From: Candidatus Poribacteria bacterium
GTDB lineage: Bacteria > Poribacteria > WGA-4E > WGA-3G
DNA length: 64,000 bases
NCBI GenBank assembly: GCA_965214095.1
Contig: OZ243938.1
Coordinates: 2,016,001 to 2,080,000 of the forward strand
Direction: 5' to 3'
In this document: one piece after another, positions 52,023-60,270 of the stretch
How the letters are laid out: every line of letters starts with the position of its first letter
Position numbering within the stretch: position 1 is the first letter of the stretch
The notes under the pieces: generated by a model
What the model saw: only the letters and a program-made list of their open reading frames with translations
The model's database searches: none
Told to the model about the DNA's origin: nothing
Made by a program: the position numbers and the translations under genes

Positions 52023-52276
52023 TTACGTCGTGTTTGATTATCTTCAGGTACCCAAGCCTAAAAGCATGGGATTGTGTTAATCTTCTGCCAGGCTTGATGT
52101 TCTTCGGTCTTGGCTCGTAACTTTACCTGTATGCCACCGAGGGGTCCCAGCGACCCACGATACAGAACCTCAGACACTTCCGACTTCGGAAGTTGTTCGA
52201 GCGAACTATCGTCTTCGAGTTACTTGGACACGGATATAATCAACGTGCCCGATGCAAGACACTTCCGACTTGCTTG
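52023..52276 (-). ncRNA. Putative stand-alone guide RNA transcribed from the 332-bp element
   Basis: Lies downstream of TTGACA-N17-TATTAT; no convincing ORF; internal hairpins; runs through the right-end hairpin into the flank. Function is inferred. Confidence 0.45.
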
Positions 52277-52374
52277 GACATATAATAACAGACTTGACGT
52301 TTTCTGTCAAGCAAAATATAGGAACGGGCATTCCTCCCACACCTAAAGAAGTGGGCTTCCTGTCTAAAACGTTG
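52043..52374 (-). mobile_element. 332-bp non-coding IS200/IS605-type element inserted 3' of TCAC (minus strand)
   Basis: Left hairpin CCCACTTCTTTAGGTGTGGG, right hairpin CCCATGCTTTTAGGCTTGGG then ...TGAA; clean removal restores the host codon CGT; no TSD and no transposase or TnpB ORF. Confidence 0.8.
52282..52310 (-). promoter_or_regulatory. Near-consensus sigma70 promoter inside the 332-bp element
   Basis: Minus strand TTGACA(52310-52305)-N17-TATTAT(52287-52282); the -35 lies within a CTTGAC-N7-GTCAAG palindrome. Confidence 0.7.
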
Positions 52375-52508
52375 GTGAGAATGCTATTTCAAAGGTTGAA
52401 ACAGATACGTATGATGGGTGTACCATACAGAGCTATGTTATTCCTGTCCTGCAACAACGACCATCCCAGGTGGTCTAATAATTTTCAAAGCAATATGCTG
52501 AGACAACT

Positions 52509-54551
52509 ATGAAACGAGAAAATATGCAAAAACAGATAATACAAGATAAGACTTTCACGAACTCAATCGGAATGCGGTTCGTAAGAATAGAATCCGGAAC
52601 CTATATGATGGGTTCTGCGGATGCGAACCTTTCAGATGAACTAACCTCAGGTAAAGAATACTTGAAAGATGGAGATTGGGATGAACAACCTGTACATCAG
52701 GTGACGCTCAGCACTCCCTTTCACATTGGAATCCATCAGGTAACGAATGCTCAGTATGAGGAATTCGATCCTTCACATAGCGAACAACGTGGAAAAATCG
52801 GCTTCTCAAAAGACGATGATGAGGCAGTTGTTTTTGTGGATTGGCACGAAGCGACACGTTTTTGCGAATGGCTCTCCGAAAAGGAGGGGCTCCCGTACCG
52901 TTTGCCAACAGAAGCGGAATGGGAATATGCATGCCGTGCAGGAACCATAACCCATTACCATATAGGTGATACTTTACCTGATGAATTTCATAAAAATGTT
53001 TGTGAGAGTTGGTATCCGGATGAGGGACGGAGTCGTGGTGCTGAGGAAATTGTGCCATTACACGTCGGCAAAACAACACCGAATGCATGGGGTATCTACG
53101 ACATGCACGGGAACGTTGAAGAGTGGTGTCGAGACTGGTATGGTCCCTATGAAGCACATCCACAGACCGATCCGAGTGGACGAGAATCAGGTTTATATCG
53201 TGTTACTCGGGGTGGTAGTCACTCAACTTTACTATGTTATCTGCGTTCTGCAAACCGTATGGGTGCTGTGCCTGAAGATAAACATTGGTATATTGGGTTT
53301 CGAGTTGTTTGTGGGGAGATGCCAGAAAAACCCAACCTATTGCCATCACCAAAGGTAGCGTTATGGGGACGTGATGTCAAGCAGGAGAAGACAGATGTTC
53401 CTGCCCCAGAAAAACCGCATTTTGCAGAACCGATTCCGTTTGTCCGTATTCCTGATGGTTCGAACGGTCCGCTATTTACAAATCATAACCATGTTCCTGC
53501 GATAGTAGAATGTCCGAATGGAGATATGTTTGCTGCGTGGTATTCGTGTGTAACTGAACGAGGAAGGGAATTGACAGTCGCTGCAAGTCGTTTGCGTTTG
53601 GGAGAATCGGAATGGGAGATAGCTGAACCGTTTTGGGGACCACCTGATAGAAACAACCATGCAACCTCGCTTTGGTGCAATGAAGATGGGAGGATTTACC
53701 ATTTCAACGGACTATCAGCAGCTGCGACGTGGGGTCCTTTAGCATTAGTGTTACGACATTCCGATGATAATGGGACAACATGGTCAAAACCACGTTTGAT
53801 CTCGCCTGAGCATAGACTGCGTCACATGCCTATCGCATCTGTTTTCCGAAGACAGGATGGTTCAATTCTCTTTGCTTGTGATGCTGTGAGTGGTGGAAAC
53901 GGCGGCACGGTCGTTTGGATAAGTGATGATGACGGAGAGACGTGGTATGAACCTGGTGCTGGTCAACCAATACCAGATTTTGCTGCGGGTAATAGTGGTG
54001 GATGGATTGCTGGTATTCACGGAGCTGTCGTGGAATTGTCTGATGGTCGATTGATGGGGTTTGGACGTGGTGATACGATTGATGGTCGCATGCCGAAAAG
54101 CATCTCTGAAGATGGTGGAAAAACATGGCAATATAGTGCAAGTTCGTTTCCACCTGTTTCTGGTGGACAACGGTGTGTATTCTTTCGACTTCAGGAAGGA
54201 CCGATTTTTCTTGCATCCTTCACAGGAAGCCGTAAAACACCCGAAACAATGCCTATCGTGGACGAATCGGGTAATGAACGCCATGTAACTGGACTATTTG
54301 GTGCACTCTCTTATGATGATGGAGAAACTTGGACAAATATTAGACTGATTTCAGACGACGGTGCTGACAGAGAAATTGAAACAATGGATGGTCGACCTTT
54401 TGTTATGGGATTGAATAGTGCAGAACCGGGTGGGTATCTTGGTGTTACCCAAGGAAGAAACGGTATCATTCATCTCATTAGCAGTAAACAGCACTATCGG
54501 TTTAACTATGCTTGGTTGAAGGAATCGCCACCCTCTCAACAGCAATCATAG
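52509..54551 (+). CDS. FGE-sulfatase-like domain fused to a BNR/sialidase-like propeller
   Basis: FTNSIGMRFVRI, RLPTEAEWEYACRAG, DMHGNVEEW; Asp-boxes SDDNGTTW, SDDDGETW, SEDGGKTW, SYDDGETW. Confidence 0.85.
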   Translation: MKRENMQKQIIQDKTFTNSIGMRFVRIESGTYMMGSADANLSDELTSGKEYLKDGDWDEQPVHQVTLSTPFHIGIHQVTNAQYEEFDPSHSEQRGKIGFSKDDDEAVVFVDWHEATRFCEWLSEKEGLPYRLPTEAEWEYACRAGTITHYHIGDTLPDEFHKNVCESWYPDEGRSRGAEEIVPLHVGKTTPNAWGIYDMHGNVEEWCRDWYGPYEAHPQTDPSGRESGLYRVTRGGSHSTLLCYLRSANRMGAVPEDKHWYIGFRVVCGEMPEKPNLLPSPKVALWGRDVKQEKTDVPAPEKPHFAEPIPFVRIPDGSNGPLFTNHNHVPAIVECPNGDMFAAWYSCVTERGRELTVAASRLRLGESEWEIAEPFWGPPDRNNHATSLWCNEDGRIYHFNGLSAAATWGPLALVLRHSDDNGTTWSKPRLISPEHRLRHMPIASVFRRQDGSILFACDAVSGGNGGTVVWISDDDGETWYEPGAGQPIPDFAAGNSGGWIAGIHGAVVELSDGRLMGFGRGDTIDGRMPKSISEDGGKTWQYSASSFPPVSGGQRCVFFRLQEGPIFLASFTGSRKTPETMPIVDESGNERHVTGLFGALSYDDGETWTNIRLISDDGADREIETMDGRPFVMGLNSAEPGGYLGVTQGRNGIIHLISSKQHYRFNYAWLKESPPSQQQS

Positions 54552-54613
54552 TTGCTATAAACCAATATTTGATGTCATAAGGCAATCTGTGGAGATCTTC
54601 AAATCACATGAAA

Positions 54614-55879
54614 TCACTCAATGTAGCCTAAGTTCCGCAACCTGTCCTCCAATATCTTCTTCTCCTCAGGTGTAGAAACTTGTGCCTGCAGGTGTTGGTA
54701 GTTGGAATTCATCAAGATCGCATCATAGGTATCGCGGAACTTATCTGAATTATCACAAGTAAGTTCTTCCCCGCTCATAACATGTCGATAAACATTATCT
54801 CCCGTTTGTTCATCTTCACGATACATATACTCACCGTCAGTTAGTGACCAAAGTCGCACACCTTCAGTATATCTGCTAATCTCCTCGTTATCAACCGTCG
54901 TGCGTGAAGTCACTCGATGGTGTGGCATCTCCAAGTTTTTCTGACTAAGAAAACCGATTCCATACAGACTATCCAATTCCGACAAAACCAAGCGGTTATC
55001 ATCAAATTCCGAGAGTGATAATAAATTTTGTCCATAACCATTATAGTCAGTATCAATACCCGCAAGGTTTGTTATAGTTGGAAACAGATCAATGGCAGAA
55101 ATCGGAACTTGTGGAAATTCTAATTTTTCTACACCGGGAATATGTGCTAACAACGGCACGTGCAGAACATTCTGATTTAGCGTGCTGCCGTGATCAATAA
55201 GTTCCTCACATATCCCTTCTCCGTGGTCTCCGAAGATAAAAACTGCCCATTCTGGCAAGTCAAGCTGCTTCAAGATTTCAACGAGTTTGAACTCAAGTAT
55301 ATGTGTTGCAGCGGCGTAGTAAAATCGCAGTGCTTCATCTGTTTTTCCACGTTTTACAAGTGATCCGAGACTTGGTGCCCCCGGTATGCCGCTCATCCCA
55401 TATCCACCGTGTGTATACCAAAAGTGCAGAAAACAGAACTGCGGTGTCTCTGAAGGTTGCTTCAAATGATGTATCATATCTTCCATAGAACCGAGTTGCT
55501 GTGCTTTCGCTTTCGGGTCAACAGGTGTGATGAAAGACTCATAATCAAGGAAACGAAATACTTCAGCACGTTCAGACCGTCCAGTGATATGATAACCTTC
55601 ATCCGCAAATATTTGGAATAAGTTCGGGATACCATCAAACATCTTCAGGTAGGTCTGTCCATAGACACCATGTTCAAACGGATAAAGTCCGGTAAAGTAT
55701 GAAGTATGGGAGGGACGTGTTGCAGGCGCAGCCACAAAGAACTTTTCTGCAAGTGAGAAATCTTTGGTCAGCAGATCGAACTTCGGTGTATTGAAGAGAG
55801 AATTAGTTCGACTTAGCGCATCATAACGCCAAGCATCTATTGAGATGAGAAGAAACTTATTGATAGACTTTGTTGCCAT
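54614..55879 (-). CDS. Sulfatase-like hydrolase (alkaline phosphatase superfamily), Thr at the nucleophile position
   Basis: LISIDAWRYD, TRPSHTSYFTGLYP..HG, FGDHGE, HVPL, C-terminal RLRNLGYI. Confidence 0.8.
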   Translation of the reverse strand: MATKSINKFLLISIDAWRYDALSRTNSLFNTPKFDLLTKDFSLAEKFFVAAPATRPSHTSYFTGLYPFEHGVYGQTYLKMFDGIPNLFQIFADEGYHITGRSERAEVFRFLDYESFITPVDPKAKAQQLGSMEDMIHHLKQPSETPQFCFLHFWYTHGGYGMSGIPGAPSLGSLVKRGKTDEALRFYYAAATHILEFKLVEILKQLDLPEWAVFIFGDHGEGICEELIDHGSTLNQNVLHVPLLAHIPGVEKLEFPQVPISAIDLFPTITNLAGIDTDYNGYGQNLLSLSEFDDNRLVLSELDSLYGIGFLSQKNLEMPHHRVTSRTTVDNEEISRYTEGVRLWSLTDGEYMYREDEQTGDNVYRHVMSGEELTCDNSDKFRDTYDAILMNSNYQHLQAQVSTPEEKKILEDRLRNLGYIE

Positions 55880-55883
55880 AAAG

Positions 55884-57251
55884 TTAATCCATTAATCGTG
55901 CATTGTATTGTCGTGGAGTGTGTTGGTATCCATCAAATTGGTCAGGGTGAAAAGGTTGCGGCGTGTAGATATACACAGCATCACTATACGGATCATAGAG
56001 GACCACCTCTTCGCGCGCATCACCACAGACATCTGCAGGAAAACAGTGATACCAACCCATTTTACCACCTGTCGGCGGTGGCAGATCGGGAAATGTAACA
56101 ACTTTGTTCCCTTCACTATCATAGAGGGCAGCAGGACTATAAATCAATTCCTGTTTACCATCAGCATGCCACCGTACGACCTCTAATCCCGTATTGTTAG
56201 GCGTTTCGTCAACACGAAAACGACTCTGAATCTGTCCACTGTTGTTAACTACAATTAAGTCAGGATGGTGACCGTTATATCGGATGACTAAATTAGGTTT
56301 TGCATCAGACAGCAAGTTTCCACATCGGATCTCTTGTCCATGCGGCACCTCCTCAAAACCGAGTGATAACACTGGGTTACCTTCGCCATCAAGCACTTGT
56401 CCACCGCCAGAGAGAATTGCCCGGGTTTGACCATCCCATTCCTGAACTAAGACAGAATCTATGTTGTCACCGAGGAAGTTGTCCCAAAGCACCGATCCAT
56501 CTGCCGCAAGACCAAAATTGCCACCATTGACTTCATCAAGTCCATCCCCATTGAAGTCGCCGACAGCAGGGATATATGCAGAATGTTTCGGATAGCGATA
56601 CCATCTGTCTGTATGCTGCCAAAGCAGTTCAAGTTCGTGGTTAAACGCCAGAACATTCACACCGACTTTCACAATGAAATCTTGCGGTTGTGGATTTCCA
56701 CAAAGGTTGGCAATCATCAAACGTTGATGGACATAATTTGGGATATGTAATTCACCATCTACATAAGCATCACATTGTCGCAATGTATCAGAAACAACAG
56801 TATGTTTAATCTCTCCAGTCGCACCATTCAATATCATCAAATGCACCGCAGACAAATCCCACTTACTTACCTCTGACACGTCGGTGTCCACCCAAAAACA
56901 GATTACTTCTGACTGTCCATCTGCATCAATATCATAGATAGCCACGGGGCCAGGTCTGTCCGGTGAGAGTGTCGTTAGAGAGGAATCCTTCACATCTGCG
57001 TCTTTAATTTCAAGGTGTTTATCACCGAGACACCACAACGGTTCTCCTTCGAGTGTAAATGCTCCGAGAAAACATGGATGGATACCACCAAGTGACTTAT
57101 AGACCAGAAAATCAACCGTTCCATTTCCTGTCAAATCACCAATGCGAATATCACCACCCCAAGAACGTCCAGCTGTCTCATTGAGAAACACGTCTGGAAT
57201 TGGAACCCGTTTATAAAAATGTGCTGCTTTTAGCATATTAAGTTTAACCAA
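55884..57251 (-). CDS. FG-GAP-like beta-propeller protein, rhamnogalacturonan lyase (PL11)-like
   Basis: Repeats GDLTGNG, YDIDADGQSEV, GDFNGDGLDEV, ADVCGDAREEVV; C-terminal RQYNARL. Confidence 0.55.
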   Translation of the reverse strand: MVKLNMLKAAHFYKRVPIPDVFLNETAGRSWGGDIRIGDLTGNGTVDFLVYKSLGGIHPCFLGAFTLEGEPLWCLGDKHLEIKDADVKDSSLTTLSPDRPGPVAIYDIDADGQSEVICFWVDTDVSEVSKWDLSAVHLMILNGATGEIKHTVVSDTLRQCDAYVDGELHIPNYVHQRLMIANLCGNPQPQDFIVKVGVNVLAFNHELELLWQHTDRWYRYPKHSAYIPAVGDFNGDGLDEVNGGNFGLAADGSVLWDNFLGDNIDSVLVQEWDGQTRAILSGGGQVLDGEGNPVLSLGFEEVPHGQEIRCGNLLSDAKPNLVIRYNGHHPDLIVVNNSGQIQSRFRVDETPNNTGLEVVRWHADGKQELIYSPAALYDSEGNKVVTFPDLPPPTGGKMGWYHCFPADVCGDAREEVVLYDPYSDAVYIYTPQPFHPDQFDGYQHTPRQYNARLMD

Positions 57252-57254
57252 AGA

Positions 57255-58265
57255 CTATTTTGTATTCTCTGATTTTAGTTCTCCCCAAACCGTAGTTACT
57301 CTATTTTCAGGTTCAACGGAGTATGCTCTACTTGACCAATCATAAATATAGTATCTGTTAGACATACCATCCAATTTTTTAGGCACACCCCCATTAAGGG
57401 GAACTGCAATGTTGCAATAAAGGGTAAGCCCTCTATTGTCCCTACCCCTTATTTGGTAAATAATAGACTTTCCATTAGGTGACCATTTAAGTCCTAAAAA
57501 CGACGAGTGCTCTTGAAGTTCTTTGAGGGTCCGCCAAGTACGCAGGTTATGAAGTGAAATAATACGAATTTCATCTGCAATCGTTACGAAGCTATGCAAG
57601 CGCACTGAGGAAAAAGCAAGTTTTTTTCCATCCGGTGAGAAAACAGGCATGCTACCTACTTTGCTGATATGTATAATTTTTTCAGTTTTGATATCAAAGA
57701 GAAAAACACCTTCAGCGGTGTCGTAAGCGATCTGTTTTCCATCCGGTGACCAAGCGACATTGGTCGCATTTACTTCCTTTAACAATGTAATCTTTGGTGA
57801 AGCTTTTTTCAATTCACGATGGGATATGAAATAGATACCTTTCTTTGGCAGTGGGTCTCTTTCGTGAATCAGACTGTTCACGAAAACGATATCTCCATTT
57901 GGTGAGATGTCCATATCGTAGACATCCTCAACTCGATTATGTGTTAGTTTACGCGGTTTTGCCGGAACTTCAGTTGTATCAATAAGGTATCCTTCATGCT
58001 CAAACGGAGAGATTCCCCTATCATCAACAGAAATGGCAATAAGAGGACCATTTCTTTGTACAGACAAATGCATAATATTAATAGGATCGTCACTTTCTAT
58101 CTTTAAAAGCAGACGGGCATTTTCTGTGTTGTTGATGTGAGTGATCCATAATTCGCTGGACCTAATGCCCATATCCGTTACATAGATGATTTCACTTGTA
58201 ATTTTTGTATCGCCTATGAGTGGAATGAAAAAGATCAAACAGAGACATGAAAGAAGGCACTTCAT
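57255..58265 (-). CDS. Exported TolB-like beta-propeller protein with C-terminal VEP...TTVWGELK tail
   Basis: Signal peptide; WSPDGKQIAY, FSPDGKKLAF, WSPNGKSII. Confidence 0.75.
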   Translation of the reverse strand: MKCLLSCLCLIFFIPLIGDTKITSEIIYVTDMGIRSSELWITHINNTENARLLLKIESDDPINIMHLSVQRNGPLIAISVDDRGISPFEHEGYLIDTTEVPAKPRKLTHNRVEDVYDMDISPNGDIVFVNSLIHERDPLPKKGIYFISHRELKKASPKITLLKEVNATNVAWSPDGKQIAYDTAEGVFLFDIKTEKIIHISKVGSMPVFSPDGKKLAFSSVRLHSFVTIADEIRIISLHNLRTWRTLKELQEHSSFLGLKWSPNGKSIIYQIRGRDNRGLTLYCNIAVPLNGGVPKKLDGMSNRYYIYDWSSRAYSVEPENRVTTVWGELKSENTK

Positions 58266-58413
58266 GAGAAATCCTATTATTCTGTGGGGGTTTTAGTAGG
58301 GTCTTCCATATCCATTGGGAATTCAAACGAGCCAAATACCTTTTCAGTGCATCCGGATGAAAGACCTGTAAGAACATACAGACTATAATTCCCTATAATC
58401 TTGTTTCATTCAT

Positions 58414-59178
58414 TTATACAAACGCCTTGAAAAGTCCAACGTAGAGTGCTAACACCTTCTCAGGATCAGGACCGGTATATGCACATTCGTTGGATATGTA
58501 ACCAGAGAAACCGATCCGACTGAACCATTCAAACATCTGTCGATAAAGTTCAAAGGTTTCTGGTATTTCAACTTTGTGTGTATGAACTGAAGTGATATGA
58601 GGTGCAACGCGTGAAAAGAGAGGCTCAATATTTCCATCATCGCAACCAACGAATTGGGAATTGAAGACAAAACCAACATTTGGTAACTGGACACCTTCAA
58701 CAACCTCCATTGCAGAATCCGGGTCTGTGAAGGAGCCGTGCATCTCAATTGAGACTGTAATACCCTTCTCACCAGCATAGTTGCCGAGTGCTTTCAAACC
58801 TTCCGTCACATAACCTACAACAGCGTCCCGGTTTTCCTCTGAATATCGGTCGCCAAGTACGCGAACATGGTCACATACCATGAATTCTGCCATGTCAATC
58901 ACACGGGAAACGCGTCGGACAGTTTCTTCTCGATCATCAGCATTTTCTGAATGGAAATTTTGGCAACTCGTGAGTGAAGAAATAACAACACCACTTGAAT
59001 CTACTTGCGATTTCAACCCATCCCAAGCATCTTTAGGTGTATCCCACTCAAACCCATGTTTCTGTTTGTAATCCATCAATAGTTCAACACCGTGATAACC
59101 AGTAGCCTCAGCGACATCAAGGATTCGCTTGAGTTCCCAATCTTGACATGTTTGATATGTATTTAACGCCCACTTCAT
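58414..59178 (-). CDS. Sugar phosphate isomerase/epimerase family TIM-barrel protein
   Basis: GYHGVEL, VSIEMHG, SVHTH, GFSGYISNE. Confidence 0.8.
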   Translation of the reverse strand: MKWALNTYQTCQDWELKRILDVAEATGYHGVELLMDYKQKHGFEWDTPKDAWDGLKSQVDSSGVVISSLTSCQNFHSENADDREETVRRVSRVIDMAEFMVCDHVRVLGDRYSEENRDAVVGYVTEGLKALGNYAGEKGITVSIEMHGSFTDPDSAMEVVEGVQLPNVGFVFNSQFVGCDDGNIEPLFSRVAPHITSVHTHKVEIPETFELYRQMFEWFSRIGFSGYISNECAYTGPDPEKVLALYVGLFKAFV

Positions 59179-59187
59179 AATAAATCT

Positions 59188-60264
59188 CTACTCCTGAATC
59201 GGTATCGGGTACCAGAGTCCACCTGTCTTAGTTGACAAAGCCCGATGTGTCGTATGATTAATGCCAATGACATCAACTGTGATCTTGTTTTGTTGACACT
59301 GACGTAGTACATCTAATAATTGAATAGATCCCTTACTTGCTTCATCTGTCACAAGCACAAAACGTCGATTAGCCTCTTCCCGAAATTTAACCCGTCGAAT
59401 TGCTTTCATGATCGCATCATGAGCACGTTCATCACCTGCTGCAGCGACAACATGTGTCGTCAATAGTCGTTTATATCTCTCTACGTCCCATGTCGGTTGA
59501 TGAACGATGGTGTCTCTATCAAGATACCTGAAAAGAACAATACCCAGTCTAAAGTCTATACCTTTCTCTTCAAAAACCGTAGCCATCTGGATTAGTTGTC
59601 TGCCAACAGCACGAATATTATCTATCATACTCCCGCTTATGTCAAGCAGAAAAACGACATCTACGACCCGTTCTGTTCTACTATCAGCGACACTTTCTGC
59701 GATACCTTCTAACGCTTCACCCATCTTTCCATCTCTGTCAATAGGCAGTGGCGCGTTTTCAGTCTGTTGTTGGATTGTGCCTGCTTGTTTCTGCACTTTT
59801 TCAGCGATTGGTGTGATGGTTGGTGACTTTGCATTCTCAATTGCTATTGATTTCCATTCTGGATTTTTAGACACAATTTCACTTAACGTTGTCTCTTCCA
59901 TCGGCAAATTTGCCTCTGTTCCGACTGCTGTCATGGATGTACCAGTGTTTATAGGACGCGTAGAGTTGATCGGTTGAGCAGCATTCTGTTTGGTTATTTC
60001 CGCCGCATTTGAAGACACAGGGCGACGTTTCGGCATTGAACGTTTGCGTTTGCTACTCATGTGGAAACGTTTTGGTGTAGACACTAACACAACATCCGAT
60101 ATCAAAGGGTCAGAAGTAAGTTGCGGACGATACCATCGGACATAGCTTATACTTACAAGCGCAATCATAACGCCGTGTAATATCAACGACATCAGAAACG
60201 CGCGATGCATTTTTATGCGTTTTTGCTTAAGTGTTTTTGAATATATCTCAAAAAGCATGTCCAT
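59188..60264 (-). CDS. Membrane-anchored von Willebrand factor A domain protein
   Basis: TM segment SLILHG; MIDAS DVVFLLDISGSM; VLVTDE. Confidence 0.85.
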   Translation of the reverse strand: MDMLFEIYSKTLKQKRIKMHRAFLMSLILHGVMIALVSISYVRWYRPQLTSDPLISDVVLVSTPKRFHMSSKRKRSMPKRRPVSSNAAEITKQNAAQPINSTRPINTGTSMTAVGTEANLPMEETTLSEIVSKNPEWKSIAIENAKSPTITPIAEKVQKQAGTIQQQTENAPLPIDRDGKMGEALEGIAESVADSRTERVVDVVFLLDISGSMIDNIRAVGRQLIQMATVFEEKGIDFRLGIVLFRYLDRDTIVHQPTWDVERYKRLLTTHVVAAAGDERAHDAIMKAIRRVKFREEANRRFVLVTDEASKGSIQLLDVLRQCQQNKITVDVIGINHTTHRALSTKTGGLWYPIPIQE

Positions 60265-60270
60265 CTCCTA

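Larger units (their letters stand above)
50077..52478 (+). pseudogene. AAA-like ATPase gene, internally deleted and split by two IS200/IS605-type insertions
   Basis: Fragment with SPFNIQDEF...QYTEETGQ...TAGQPFLVN. Removing 50620-51997 and 52043-52374 restores one frame ...QQLAAYL|KLENAREGFYVVFDY|RENAISKVETDTYDGCTIQSYVIPVLQQRPSQVV*. Confidence 0.8.

Noticed and set aside
52294-52322. Outward + strand promoter TTGACG-N17-TATAGG toward the FGE-sialidase gene
   Set aside because: The -10 lacks the conserved final T, and the -35 match is a by-product of the palindrome around the stronger minus-strand promoter.
52110-52512. Two short + strand ORFs after tnpB as a possible tnpA or accessory protein
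   Set aside because: No HUH/Y1 or serine-recombinase motif; one crosses the mini-element boundary; the region is explained by the mini-element plus the host gene tail in another frame.
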